Positions 47,437 to 57,763 of a stretch of DNA of 64,000 nt are shown piece after piece. The notes under the pieces were generated by a model. That model was not told the origin of the DNA. It did not search any database and saw nothing but the letters and a program-made list of their open reading frames with translations. The position numbers were made by a program, and so were the translations under genes. Source of the stretch: Candidatus Poribacteria bacterium (GTDB lineage Bacteria > Poribacteria > WGA-4E > PCPOR2b); the NCBI GenBank assembly GCA_965208675.1, contig OZ242351.1:256001-320000 (forward strand). Reading direction: 5' to 3'. The first letter of the stretch is position 1. Each line of letters begins with the position of its first letter.

Positions 47437-50034
47437 TTAACGAAGTATTGCTAATCGCCCTAAAGCTTGAGTGTTTTCGCTGTCGGCAACCGCGTAGACT
47501 CTGTAAAGATAAACTCCATTGGCAAGCATTGTTCCGTGTTCATCTCGCCCGTCCCACATTGCCTCATTGTAACCTTCCCGTGCCGAAACCCCTTTTAATA
47601 CGCGAACGCGGCGGCCGGCTTTGGAATAGATGGAGATTGACGCTTCATCAGCATCTTTTGTCAATTCGTACATCAATGTCGTTTCTTTACCGAATGGGTT
47701 AGGGTAGTTGCGCAGCGTGTCAATTATAAGTGCGGGTTTTTGGGGAGAATCGTAAGCGGCGTCCCTAATCAGTACTTGCGGGTCAAAATTTGACAACCAG
47801 GTAATCTCTTCATTAATCTGTTTGAGCAGAATCGCTTCATTAATTTTCCGATTGTAGCCGAATATTGTGACGAAAGTATGGAAGGTCTTGACGGTGGAGG
47901 TCAACGATTTGGAATATTCTTTGGCACTGTGTAGCTTTGTGCGAATTAGGGTTTCCTTGCCCTCTTCGTATCCTGCCTGAACCGCTTCCGTTAAACGGAG
48001 CCGGCTCTCAAAAAACTGCACCCAAAGGTGCATCAGGCTGACCGCATCTTCCAGATTTCGTGCAGCCTCGTCGGAAACAGGGCGTGCAATTCCCAATGCT
48101 CCTTCAATTTCATTGGCTGCGCGCTGCTGTTGCGGAAGAAGAGATGAAAAACGGTTCACGGCAGACCGAGCCGTCTTTAAATTAGGCATGTTGAGGGTAT
48201 CGGAAACCGCTTCCGGTCCAATAATGTCCCAAAAACGAGTGGCAAGCCCTGCAGAACCGCGTCCGTAGTTCCCCGCAATGGAAAGCGAACCCGCGTAGTC
48301 GCTAAAGTAACTCTCCAAAACCCATGTGTTTATCCGCACGGCGTTAAGAATGAACTTAGCGGCGTCAGCGCCATACTGATTGACCAGGTAGTTTTCCATT
48401 AGTTGGAGGTGATTTGTCTCAACGTCCCAATTTATCCTCGCGCTCACGAGTCGGTCCAAATGTCCCAAGTTGTTTTGAGTACCTTGGACCGTAAACCCTC
48501 CTAAACCAGTCACAGCAGGATTATTCGACAACTCACGGACACCATGGACGAATAGGTCGCCTTCAACCATCCAAAACGGAACCACCTCTTCGACATCGTG
48601 TGAGAGAATAATTAGGCGGTGTCCCAATTCTCCCAGCGTATTAATTCGATCGATTGAAATTCTAGCATCCGCAGTCGGCTCACCGTCCGCTCCCCATTTT
48701 TGTGAAAAGATTGTGCCTGCTGGCAACTGGCGTGCGTAGTCGCTAGCGGGATCTTTCAGCCAAAATCTATCGTACCCTGAGATATAGAATTTAAAATCCG
48801 GGCGTACCTGCTGTGCAGCCTCAATGATTGTGAACATCACCTGCCACAGCAAATCTTGCCCTTTTTCTGATGTGTCGCCGCACTCCGGACAGTGGCATGC
48901 ACGGGTTTCAACACCCCAAGCCCGCAAGTGGAAACCCGCAAGCGTCGGATACGTCTTCACAATCTCTTGAATCAATCCCCGCGCAAAACTGTGAAATTCG
49001 GGCTTTGACCAACAAAACGGTCGATAATCAACGCGGTTCCGTGAGCCGCTGTAGGGCACTCGCGGTCCCAGAACATCTGGACGCCGTTCAATCACGGCTT
49101 TTGTCGGCTCGCCTGTAACATACATAAAGAGGTATGAATCGATTCCCCGCCGATTCAACGCATCGAATCGGCTTCGGAGTGTTTGGATGCGGTGCTGACG
49201 CTGGTCGAGAGGCTCATCCTGTAACGATTCAAAGTCCGGCGAATTTATGTATTTGACGGCTGTACCGAGTCCATCATCAATGCCCGTACCCGTCCATACC
49301 CCTTCCCCGCCGCTCATGTTGAGCCGATGCCGTGCAAACCAATTCACATTTTCAACCTCCAATCCCGCCCTGACCGGGTAAAATGGCTGTGACGTTTTTT
49401 CCAAGAATGGCAGGTCAAGATTTGGCGAGGGCTGAACCACGAAATCAAGATCTGCCGGTGAAAGGCCCGTCAGCCGCGTGATGCACGCTTCAATTAGATC
49501 GTAAGAGCCATAGAGCACGCCGCGGGATGCGTTGCCTGCGATTGCAATAACCAATTCGTTATCTAATTCGACTGTGTTTAGCACATATCCCTCGTCGCCG
49601 ATATCGGGGCTGAGGTGGAGCAGTCCTTCAGCCAACAACAGGCGAATCGCGGGATTCGAGTTGGGGGTGCCCAGCGCAATCACTGTTGGAGTTGTCGTCG
49701 TTTGACGATTGGTAAAGATGTCCAGTTCAGCGCCGGTGAATCGCCGAATAAATGTCTGAATCTCCTCGGCTGCAAATTCCTCCTGCGCCGACGCGGTGGC
49801 GCCGATTTGAATTGTCGCCATTGGTCGTCTTGACCGAACGATTGGAACTTCTGCCGCATTTGCCCACCCATGCACGCAAACAAGTGTTATGTATAACAGA
49901 AGATAAGCAATCACCGAAGAAAATGTAAGTTCAATGCGCTTGCGTTGCCTAAAAAGCGCACCTCTTTCCAAATTCCGCACCGGATTCCTTATGCGCTTTA
50001 GTGCATCAACCCAACTGCTATGAATTTGCGTCAT
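47437..50034 (-). CDS. Large exported glycoside-hydrolase-like protein with C-terminal FlgD-Ig / T9SS-type-A-like domain
   Basis: GH20/GH67 N-domain-like FAAEEIQ..GDEGY..IAGN..RGVLYG; tail NYPNPF..ISIY..GRRVR..WDGRDEHG..LANGVYLYRV. Confidence 0.7.
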   Translation of the reverse strand: MTQIHSSWVDALKRIRNPVRNLERGALFRQRKRIELTFSSVIAYLLLYITLVCVHGWANAAEVPIVRSRRPMATIQIGATASAQEEFAAEEIQTFIRRFTGAELDIFTNRQTTTTPTVIALGTPNSNPAIRLLLAEGLLHLSPDIGDEGYVLNTVELDNELVIAIAGNASRGVLYGSYDLIEACITRLTGLSPADLDFVVQPSPNLDLPFLEKTSQPFYPVRAGLEVENVNWFARHRLNMSGGEGVWTGTGIDDGLGTAVKYINSPDFESLQDEPLDQRQHRIQTLRSRFDALNRRGIDSYLFMYVTGEPTKAVIERRPDVLGPRVPYSGSRNRVDYRPFCWSKPEFHSFARGLIQEIVKTYPTLAGFHLRAWGVETRACHCPECGDTSEKGQDLLWQVMFTIIEAAQQVRPDFKFYISGYDRFWLKDPASDYARQLPAGTIFSQKWGADGEPTADARISIDRINTLGELGHRLIILSHDVEEVVPFWMVEGDLFVHGVRELSNNPAVTGLGGFTVQGTQNNLGHLDRLVSARINWDVETNHLQLMENYLVNQYGADAAKFILNAVRINTWVLESYFSDYAGSLSIAGNYGRGSAGLATRFWDIIGPEAVSDTLNMPNLKTARSAVNRFSSLLPQQQRAANEIEGALGIARPVSDEAARNLEDAVSLMHLWVQFFESRLRLTEAVQAGYEEGKETLIRTKLHSAKEYSKSLTSTVKTFHTFVTIFGYNRKINEAILLKQINEEITWLSNFDPQVLIRDAAYDSPQKPALIIDTLRNYPNPFGKETTLMYELTKDADEASISIYSKAGRRVRVLKGVSAREGYNEAMWDGRDEHGTMLANGVYLYRVYAVADSENTQALGRLAILR

Positions 50035-51446
50035 AGTGCTCTCTCCCTTTTGGCAATGTTTACTACGGCCGGAAGCAAGCCGTAGATTATCCAGAAGGGT
50101 ACCCCAATTCTATCTCCGTTCAACAGGTTGTTGACGGTAAAATGTACAAGCAGTGATAATTCCGCTGTCATCAGGCCAATGATGGCGAATCGATAAAATC
50201 CATCTTCAATACGCGGTAGTGCGCGCAGTCCAAAGCGAAAAAAGGCGAAAATCACCCACATCCAAACCGCAAATCCCACAATGCCCAACTCCGCTAGAAC
50301 TTGTAGATATTCGCTATGCGCCCCTAACCGGTATTGCGCCACAAACTCTCCGATGAGAGACACGTTGGGTTCATAGATCATGGCAAATGCTCCGTATCCA
50401 TTACCAATGATGGGATTTTGCAGAAACATGACGATCGCTTGACCCCAGCGCAGCAGACGCGACTGATTGGAGGCAAACTCTAAACTGAATGCAGTTGAGA
50501 TTCGATTTAACACCACATTGGAAACTCCGGGCACGGAAAAAATAAATAGTAAAATCCCGCCAACCAATACCACAAACAGCATCTTTTTGTGTTGCTCACC
50601 GGTCAGCATCAGCAGAAAAGTGACTGCGGCAATCGCGGACAGCCATACACCGCGCGAGAAACACATCATGAGTCCCACGCCGAAGATTATAAACATCATG
50701 GTCCACAGCACTCGATCGTAATGGGTACGATCGAGTAGCAGTCGGCTAAGCACGATTAAGAAGAAGATTGCCGTGAACGATCCGTAAACAGAGTAGTTCG
50801 TAAACGGGGATCCTCGATATGCAGAAGTCCACTGCCACTCATCAATATTGTAGATCAATACGACTGCTGTCCAGATAACTGCAATCAATGCGGATGGGAA
50901 GGCGGCAACGAAAAGCCTTCGCAAATCGCGGCGGTTCTTAATCAACTCATAAGCTAAGAAACTCGACATTATGTAAACAGCCGCTCGAAATGCACCTTTC
51001 GCTGAGACAAAGAGTTGGGGTGCGTTGAATATCGGCAGAAAGTGTACGAAAATATAAATACACACTGGAATGCGGAATGGAAATCGTCCATCTGTCGTAT
51101 CGTCCCTTTCGCGCACTTTCGCACGCATCACTCGGTCAACAACCTTTCGAATGAAAAAGGCAAACACAAGCATTCCCAATAGCGGTTCGGTGGGCGTCTG
51201 GACTTCGGCTTCAGCCGGCAGGATGTATCGGCGTGAAAAGGGCAAACAGAGCAGCAGGGCATAGAGCGAGAAATCCATCGACATAAACACCAAAAACCCT
51301 ACGATTGCTAGACCGAGCAAGATAACAATCGGCGACTCGGCGTAAATCGCGCATGCTGTACCCAACAGAATACACGCGATGCCATAGGTTGCTAGGTAAA
51401 CATGATGATTCAGATATTTTGAATAATGGGTTAGGTCTGTTTGCAT
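50031..51446 (-). CDS. O-antigen ligase-like (Wzy_C) membrane protein
   Basis: Multi-TM; FSRGVWL, SNQSRLLRW, NPIIGNGYGAF, AHSEYLQVLAELGIVG. Start uncertain. Confidence 0.88.
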   Translation of the reverse strand: MQTDLTHYSKYLNHHVYLATYGIACILLGTACAIYAESPIVILLGLAIVGFLVFMSMDFSLYALLLCLPFSRRYILPAEAEVQTPTEPLLGMLVFAFFIRKVVDRVMRAKVRERDDTTDGRFPFRIPVCIYIFVHFLPIFNAPQLFVSAKGAFRAAVYIMSSFLAYELIKNRRDLRRLFVAAFPSALIAVIWTAVVLIYNIDEWQWTSAYRGSPFTNYSVYGSFTAIFFLIVLSRLLLDRTHYDRVLWTMMFIIFGVGLMMCFSRGVWLSAIAAVTFLLMLTGEQHKKMLFVVLVGGILLFIFSVPGVSNVVLNRISTAFSLEFASNQSRLLRWGQAIVMFLQNPIIGNGYGAFAMIYEPNVSLIGEFVAQYRLGAHSEYLQVLAELGIVGFAVWMWVIFAFFRFGLRALPRIEDGFYRFAIIGLMTAELSLLVHFTVNNLLNGDRIGVPFWIIYGLLPAVVNIAKRERAL

Positions 51447-51637
51447 AATAATTATGCTGAAGGATGGCAATCCACAAAAACGGCTAGGCACACTTCTATC
51501 GTCTAGCGATTCAGCCTGCCGAATCTGTGAGATTAAAATGGTGGGTACTGGCGGGAAACCGAAAATGTGAATTGCTAACCGCTAACTGTTCGAGGCGAGC
51601 TTTGACCATCAGGTGTTCCGCACAGGACTAGCTATCT

Positions 51638-52366
51638 CTATTCAATCTTTAGCGCTGCCCATACCGTCGCCAAATTGTCTTTGGGTTGCACCGCGATTTC
51701 AATCTCTTCGGTTGCAACATCGTAGCTGACGAGTTCAAACGTGACATCTCTTCTATCAATCGTTTTCACGATACCCACATTGGGAGCCAACCACATCGTC
51801 ATATCCACTTCGACGTTTCCAATTAATACAACGTTCGTGACTTTCTGCTCAATTTTAAGAGAATTTGGGAAACTTCCCGCCGGAACGGTGACATCGTCGA
51901 TAGCAACGACTTCCGACTCTATGATGCTTTGAATTGTGCCGAGAAGCGGAACTGAGGCTTCACCCTCAATAGTCCACTTCGTGCCGAGATCCAATGGATT
52001 GGGTAAATAATCCTGCGGCGGCGTAATGTCATAAACCACCTCTCCAATCAGAGGAACCTCCGCTACCAACCGGTGCAATTTAATCCCATCCGGTTCCGTT
52101 TTGATATACAATTTACTCAAATCTTCCGGTGACTGATCCATTATTATTCTGAGTTCCTCGCCGTTGACGATTTCGGGGCCTTCAATCGTCACAATTTTCT
52201 CTTCAACACCATCGGTGCTGCGTAAACGCCATGTATTTCCAAACTCATCCGGATAATAGTTTTGGGCATGGCTTTGCACAGTGAGGTAAAATACACCCGC
52301 AATACAGAAGACGCAGACGACTGGGTAAACTAGCCGAAGCAACATTTTATCTTTCTCAATGTTCAT
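51638..52366 (-). CDS. Exported beta-rich protein (DUF3108/TapB-like) with conserved C-terminal tail
   Basis: AGGAG SD, signal peptide ending SHA, NYYP..GNTW, VTVPAGSF, WLAPNVGIVK, tail IAVQPKDNLATVWAALK. Confidence 0.75.
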   Translation of the reverse strand: MNIEKDKMLLRLVYPVVCVFCIAGVFYLTVQSHAQNYYPDEFGNTWRLRSTDGVEEKIVTIEGPEIVNGEELRIIMDQSPEDLSKLYIKTEPDGIKLHRLVAEVPLIGEVVYDITPPQDYLPNPLDLGTKWTIEGEASVPLLGTIQSIIESEVVAIDDVTVPAGSFPNSLKIEQKVTNVVLIGNVEVDMTMWLAPNVGIVKTIDRRDVTFELVSYDVATEEIEIAVQPKDNLATVWAALKIE

Positions 52367-52397
52367 TAAATCACTCCTATTCGTAAATAATTTGGTC

Positions 52398-53420
52398 TTA
52401 CAAATGAACCTCGACATGGAGTAGCTGCCAGAAGATGATTTTCCAACCCGACTCCTCCTTGCTAAAGTCCATGCGGCAATCAGCAGAGAGACGGCCCATA
52501 TCAAGTTGAGGATCTTTCTGTGAAATAACATCAAGCATAAGTCGCGTGGATACCTCCCGGGCGTGAGCTGCATTGACCTGAATATCGTGGAATTGGAATT
52601 CAAGCACGCTGTATTTTTCAAACAGATCGGTTACGAGAGGAATAACATGTTCATAATCTGCAGGAATGCTTCCCGACTCCACACCGAAGCGCGTGATAGG
52701 ATCGTCCGCCGCTCGGTAGGACTCCGAGGATTGGTTCTGGATGATTTCAATGTTGTTCGCATCCGTCAATGCAATCAAAGCTGAAAACCCGTTGAGAAAT
52801 TCGCCAATCTCCGCTTCGGTGTTGGTCAACGGGCTCAGAGGAATCTTTAACACCAGGCGTTCAACGTCGAGCGTAAAGGTGCGCGTACTCCCTTGGTAAT
52901 CTGCATCTTTGGCAGTCAACATTAACCCATCAGAGTACGGAACGTGAATAAAATTGTACCGCCCATCGCTGTCGGTTGTCACCGTCTGATCCAATAAACT
53001 GACCGACACACCGGGGACCGGATTTCCTGTTCTTGTATCAGTAATAATGCCGGAAACTGCGCCGAATAACCGGTCTAGGGAAACGTTCAACGTGAGGTTT
53101 TCGGCATTGAGGGAGAAGCCTAGCATTTTTGTCTCGCGGTGCTTTGCTTCGACCGTTAGATTTAAAGAGTCTGAATACTGAATGCGCGTGAACACATACC
53201 TGCCGTCACCGTCTGCTTCCACTCGCTGACCCAATAGAGACACCTGTGCACGGGGGATAGGATCCCCCGTTGCCGCATCGGTGATAATACCCGACACATT
53301 GCCAAATTCCGTGGTTTCCGGCGGCTGAATTTTAGGAACCGGAGACTCGTCGCTGCATCCAACGTAAGCAACCGTCAAGCTGAGTATGATAAGAAGATGG
53401 CAAGTGTTCTTAATTTCCAT
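52398..53420 (-). CDS. Lipoprotein with two carboxypeptidase-regulatory-like (Cna-B) domains
   Basis: Lipobox-like YVGC; duplicated FG.VSGIITD..TG.P.P...VSLL..DG.Y.F. Confidence 0.8.
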   Translation of the reverse strand: MEIKNTCHLLIILSLTVAYVGCSDESPVPKIQPPETTEFGNVSGIITDAATGDPIPRAQVSLLGQRVEADGDGRYVFTRIQYSDSLNLTVEAKHRETKMLGFSLNAENLTLNVSLDRLFGAVSGIITDTRTGNPVPGVSVSLLDQTVTTDSDGRYNFIHVPYSDGLMLTAKDADYQGSTRTFTLDVERLVLKIPLSPLTNTEAEIGEFLNGFSALIALTDANNIEIIQNQSSESYRAADDPITRFGVESGSIPADYEHVIPLVTDLFEKYSVLEFQFHDIQVNAAHAREVSTRLMLDVISQKDPQLDMGRLSADCRMDFSKEESGWKIIFWQLLHVEVHL

Positions 53421-53485
53421 ACCCACCTCTACATCAGCGGCGGGAACCCGAATCACTGTAGTCCGGTGAGATTCCATGTTGTATG

Positions 53486-54628
53486 TTAACCCGCAGCGAT
53501 ACCAACTAACTCAACTTGTGCTCCCCGGATGGCTTCGCAGAGGTAACTTATGCCTTCAGGAATGTCTTCAACATGGCAGTAGGCGTAAGCGAGGCGGATA
53601 CACTTGATGGGAAGGTTATGATAGTGGAACGCACTGCCGTGTGTGAAACCGACCTTTTTCGCCGCTGCAAGCATTTCTAGCATTTTCATATCCGTTGATT
53701 CTGGTAGATGCATCCAGAGAAACAGCCCGCCTCGCGGTTTCGTCCAAGTACAGATGTCACTGACATGGCTCGCAAGTGTTTCTATAACGGCGCGGCACTT
53801 TGCTCTTACGGCGGCATTGGTTACGGCGAGGTGCTCGTCAAGGTGTTTCTTGAAAAAGTTCGCCACAATAGCGCTCGCCAACGCGCTTGTACCCGCATCC
53901 CAACGGTTCTCATGAATCAATCGGTGATACGGCGGTCTTGCAACGAAATATCCCTGGCGTACGCCGGCGCCGAGTATTTTAGAAAACGTCCCCACAAAAA
54001 TGACCCTGTTGGCACTGTCTAGTTTGAATAGCGAATCTGGCGTCGGGTTCGGCACAAAATCAATGTCGCCGTAACAATCATCCTCCACAATCAGGAGGTC
54101 ATACTCATTCGCCAACGCTAGTAGGTGTTTACGGCGATCCAGCGAAAGAATTGCGCCCGTAGGGTTTTGATGATTTGGCGTGGTATAGATTATCTTGGGA
54201 CGGATGTGCTGCGTTCTTAAATCTTTAAGGATTCCCTCAAGTGCATCAATGTCCATACCGTCGCTGTAGTCCATCGGCACACCGACAAGATTAGCTTTTA
54301 GGTGCCGCAAAAGTCCAAGCGTTCCACTGTAGGTTAGCTCTTCCGTAAGAACAGTGTCTCCAGGATTAATGAAGGTTCCCAACACAAGATCCAGTGCCTG
54401 CATGGAACCGGACGTAATCGAGATGTAATCAATAGGCAGCGGTATGTCCTCTCGCCTTTCAAAGCGCATTGAAGCTAACTCACGCATGCCGAGAAACCCA
54501 TTGTCGCCCGGATAGTTGACAAGACTGCCGCCTAACTCGCGCAGCGCTTCAGCACTCGCTTCAATCAAACCATCCGTTGGAAATGTGTACGGGTCGGGGC
54601 GGCCGCCAGTGAACGCAAAGTCTTTCAT
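53486..54628 (-). CDS. PLP-dependent aminotransferase class I/II (LysN/Aro8-like)
   Basis: ITSGSMQALD, PNHQNPTG, IVEDDCY, GTFSKIL..G.R, GGLFLW, IRLAY. Confidence 0.9.
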   Translation of the reverse strand: MKDFAFTGGRPDPYTFPTDGLIEASAEALRELGGSLVNYPGDNGFLGMRELASMRFERREDIPLPIDYISITSGSMQALDLVLGTFINPGDTVLTEELTYSGTLGLLRHLKANLVGVPMDYSDGMDIDALEGILKDLRTQHIRPKIIYTTPNHQNPTGAILSLDRRKHLLALANEYDLLIVEDDCYGDIDFVPNPTPDSLFKLDSANRVIFVGTFSKILGAGVRQGYFVARPPYHRLIHENRWDAGTSALASAIVANFFKKHLDEHLAVTNAAVRAKCRAVIETLASHVSDICTWTKPRGGLFLWMHLPESTDMKMLEMLAAAKKVGFTHGSAFHYHNLPIKCIRLAYAYCHVEDIPEGISYLCEAIRGAQVELVGIAAG

Positions 54629-54912
54629 ACCAGTTCCCTCCGTTCAAAAGTTCGCCGTTTACTTGGAGTTCAGAGTTGAATGTAGGCAACATCGCAATTA
54701 TATCACATTACACACCAAAATCCTATATCAAATGATTTAACAGTTCACAGACAACATTTCGATACAAAGTATATAATCACGGATTTCCGTGAGGCAACAA
54801 ATATCAGGCGATCTTTATGGATTGCTTTCAGTGAAATTTTCATGTTATAATTAACGCAAACGTTCTTCCACCGCATTAGATAATCTTGCCCCGATAAAGA
54901 AGGAGCTCTTGA

Positions 54913-55371
54913 ATGGCATACTATATTACAGACGAATGTATTGGGTGCATGGCGTGTCTGACGAATTGTCCCGTTGATGCAATTACCGGCGAACGTAATA
55001 AACTGCATGACATAGATGCGGATATTTGTATTGATTGCAGTGCTTGCGGAATGGTTTGCCCTGTTGAAGCAATTCGAGATCAATACGGAAATGTCTGCAA
55101 ATTCATTAGACGCCCAACCAACCGGCCGATCGCTGTAATTTATGAAGAACTCTGCTCAGGTTGTGATTTCTGCGTGCACATTTGTCCGTGGGATTGCCTT
55201 GAACTCCTCGATCCGGCAACAGGGGAACATGCTGAAAGTTTCTTTGGCATTTGTGAGCTTGTCAAACCCAAGGATTGCACCGGCTGTAAGCTGTGTGAAG
55301 AGGTGTGCATTAAGGATGCAATCCGCGTTGAGTCGCCGGTTTTGACTCAGTTGGAGGAAGCGGCGGATTGA
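54913..55371 (+). CDS. Polyferredoxin with four [4Fe-4S] motifs
   Basis: CIGCMACLTNCP, CIDCSACGMVCP, CSGCDFCVHICP, CTGCKLCEEVC; AAGGAG SD. Confidence 0.9.
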   Translation: MAYYITDECIGCMACLTNCPVDAITGERNKLHDIDADICIDCSACGMVCPVEAIRDQYGNVCKFIRRPTNRPIAVIYEELCSGCDFCVHICPWDCLELLDPATGEHAESFFGICELVKPKDCTGCKLCEEVCIKDAIRVESPVLTQLEEAAD

Positions 55372-55374
55372 TCG

Positions 55375-56259
55375 ATGATAAAAAGCATGACGGGTTACAG
55401 CCGATTTTCATCTGAAACCCGGTTCGGTGCACTGACAATTGAACTGAAAGCTTGGAACCATCGATACTGCAACGTTACTGTTCGCTCACCCAACTCCCTC
55501 TCCCAATTTGAACATCGCATACAAAATCTGATAAAGCACCAAGTCTCCAGAGGACAAATCCAAGTTTCAATCGAGTTAGTTAAGACTAACTCATCTTCGG
55601 CTGGCAGTCTCATTCTTGATTTGGCGTTAGCGAAGCAGTATTACCAGAAACTTGTGCGGCTGCAAAACGAATTGGAATTAAGTAGTGATATTTCGGTGAG
55701 TCTTTTGGCGGGTCTCCCCGGTGTCTTTGTCCTTCAGGAACCGGCCGTAGCCGAAGAAGAGACATGGGCTGAACTAAAATCCACACTAGAAGCCGCTTTG
55801 GATCGACTGAATGTAGCGAGGCAAACCGAAGGCAATGCGATGTGCGAAGCCTTAAGCCAACATCTCGGTTCGGTGCGTTCATTAGCAAAGGAAGTCCAAT
55901 CCTGCAGTGAGGGTATAATGCAGGAGGTTCAGGAAAAACTGGAAATTCGCCTGAATGAACTGCTGTCGAAACGCATTGAGATTGATCCGGATCGGATAGT
56001 GATGGAAGCCGGTCTAGTTGCTTCCCGATCAGACATCTCCGAAGAACTGGTCAGACTCGATAGCCATTGCAAGCAGTTTGAACAAACTCTACAGGTGAGC
56101 GAACCAGTCGGTCGGCGCCTTGATTTTTTAAGCCAAGAGATGAATCGTGAGGTGAATACCATAGCCTCTAAAACCGCATCGCGGGCTGCGTCATCCCGCT
56201 GTGTCTCGCTCAAGGCCGAGATTGAAAAAATTCGGGAGTTGGTTCAGAATGTGGAGTGA
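55375..56259 (+). CDS. yicC: YicC/YloC family endoribonuclease
   Basis: MIKSMTGY, NHRY, DISEELVRL.SH, GRRLDFL.QEMNREVNTIASK, EKIRELVQNVE. Confidence 0.95.
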   Translation: MIKSMTGYSRFSSETRFGALTIELKAWNHRYCNVTVRSPNSLSQFEHRIQNLIKHQVSRGQIQVSIELVKTNSSSAGSLILDLALAKQYYQKLVRLQNELELSSDISVSLLAGLPGVFVLQEPAVAEEETWAELKSTLEAALDRLNVARQTEGNAMCEALSQHLGSVRSLAKEVQSCSEGIMQEVQEKLEIRLNELLSKRIEIDPDRIVMEAGLVASRSDISEELVRLDSHCKQFEQTLQVSEPVGRRLDFLSQEMNREVNTIASKTASRAASSRCVSLKAEIEKIRELVQNVE

Positions 56260-56893
56260 ACAGATTTCCCGCCAGGGCTTACTCATCGTTATATCGGGAC
56301 CTTCTGGATCCGGCAAAACTAGTGTTGTCAAAGCGCTCTGTCAAGCCGATCCGGCGTTGACGCACTCCATCTCCGCAACAACCCGCCCGCCTCGCCCCGA
56401 CGAAGTTAATGGGGTCAACTATCATTTTTTGTCCTCCTCTGAATTTGATGAGTTAGTCCAACAGCGTGGCTTTCTTGAATCAGCAAAATATGGCGACCAT
56501 TACTACGGCACCTTAAGATCGGAAGTTGAGCCAAAGTTAAGGGAAGGCAAAAATGTTGTCGTAGAAATTGATGTTCATGGAGGCATGCAGGTCAAGGAAC
56601 TTCCTTTAAAGCACGTGTGCATCTTTATATTGCCGCCATCATTTGCTGTGTTGGAAAAACGGCTTCGCGGTCGAAAAACCGAGTCCGATCCGGAGCTACA
56701 GCAACGCCTGCAGAGAGCGCAATCAGAGATTGTGTTCATGAAAAACTACGATTTTTACGTCGTCAACTTGGAAAACAACATAGACCAAGCTGTCAAAAAC
56801 ATCCGTGCCATCATCACCGCCGAGCACAGCCGAATTGACGATCAGCTTTTCAATGCAATTTCTCAAGAGTTTTCCCCATCTTGTGCTTCGTAA
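56249..56893 (+). CDS. gmk: Guanylate kinase
   Basis: ISGPSGSGKT, SATTRPPRPDEVNGVNYHF, YYGT, IFILPPS, RLRGR. Confidence 0.96.
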   Translation: MWSEQISRQGLLIVISGPSGSGKTSVVKALCQADPALTHSISATTRPPRPDEVNGVNYHFLSSSEFDELVQQRGFLESAKYGDHYYGTLRSEVEPKLREGKNVVVEIDVHGGMQVKELPLKHVCIFILPPSFAVLEKRLRGRKTESDPELQQRLQRAQSEIVFMKNYDFYVVNLENNIDQAVKNIRAIITAEHSRIDDQLFNAISQEFSPSCAS

Positions 56894-56956
56894 TCAATTT
56901 TTGAAATTCAACGGGATATCGCGCATCAAGAGGAAATCCATTCACAAAGAAATCAG

Positions 56957-57763
56957 ATGAACACCTCACCGAAGCCAAATTCCCACTCCGGCGATCCTGA
57001 ATCTCAACAGTCGGCGCATCGGACTGGAAAACAGCGCGGGCAGTCGCAGACGGAGGAAGAACTACATCATAACCGCCTCGCCGAGAATCGGGACATTGGG
57101 AGAAAGCGTACGATAAAACGTGTTACGGCTTGGTCTGGCTTGATTCTAGGGCTATTTTTTTTAGTATGCGGACTGATTTACGTCACAGACAACCCTGAAC
57201 GGGAAACATCGCCGCAGGGACTTCATGCAGTGCCGGATTCCGAATGGGTCCTAGGCAATCTCGACGCCGCGGTCACTTTAGTAAAATATAGCGATTATCA
57301 GTGTGCTCGGTGCGCATACTATCACTTGATTGTGACGCAGCTCGTGGATGAGTTGGGCGGCCAGTTTCGGTTCGATTTCCGCCACTTTCCGCTGCGTAAC
57401 CACGTAAATGCCAAAACGGCAGCGACAGCGGCGGAAGCCGCAGGTCGCCAAGGCAAATTCTGGGAAATGCATGATTTGCTGTTTTCCCAACAGGAGCATT
57501 GGGCGAGGAAAGCGCAGCCCGAAGCGTTCGAGATTTTTTTGCAATTTGCGGCTTCGCTTAATTTAGATATGAACCAATTTCAAGAAGATTTTACATCGAC
57601 GGAGATTTCGGACAAGATCGCCAATGACTATTTGGATGGCCGCCGTGCAGGTGTGCGGTCAACACCAACTTTTTTCTTGAATGGCGAGAAAATCATGAAT
57701 AAACCGCCGACATATGAGGGATTTAAAGCGCTTATTCTCGAATCTAAATCTAAACTCGATTGA
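56957..57763 (+). CDS. Membrane-anchored DsbA (Thioredoxin_4) protein
   Basis: TM helix, YSDYQCARC, RHFPL, GKFWEMHD, GVRSTPTFFLNG. Confidence 0.9.
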   Translation: MNTSPKPNSHSGDPESQQSAHRTGKQRGQSQTEEELHHNRLAENRDIGRKRTIKRVTAWSGLILGLFFLVCGLIYVTDNPERETSPQGLHAVPDSEWVLGNLDAAVTLVKYSDYQCARCAYYHLIVTQLVDELGGQFRFDFRHFPLRNHVNAKTAATAAEAAGRQGKFWEMHDLLFSQQEHWARKAQPEAFEIFLQFAASLNLDMNQFQEDFTSTEISDKIANDYLDGRRAGVRSTPTFFLNGEKIMNKPPTYEGFKALILESKSKLD

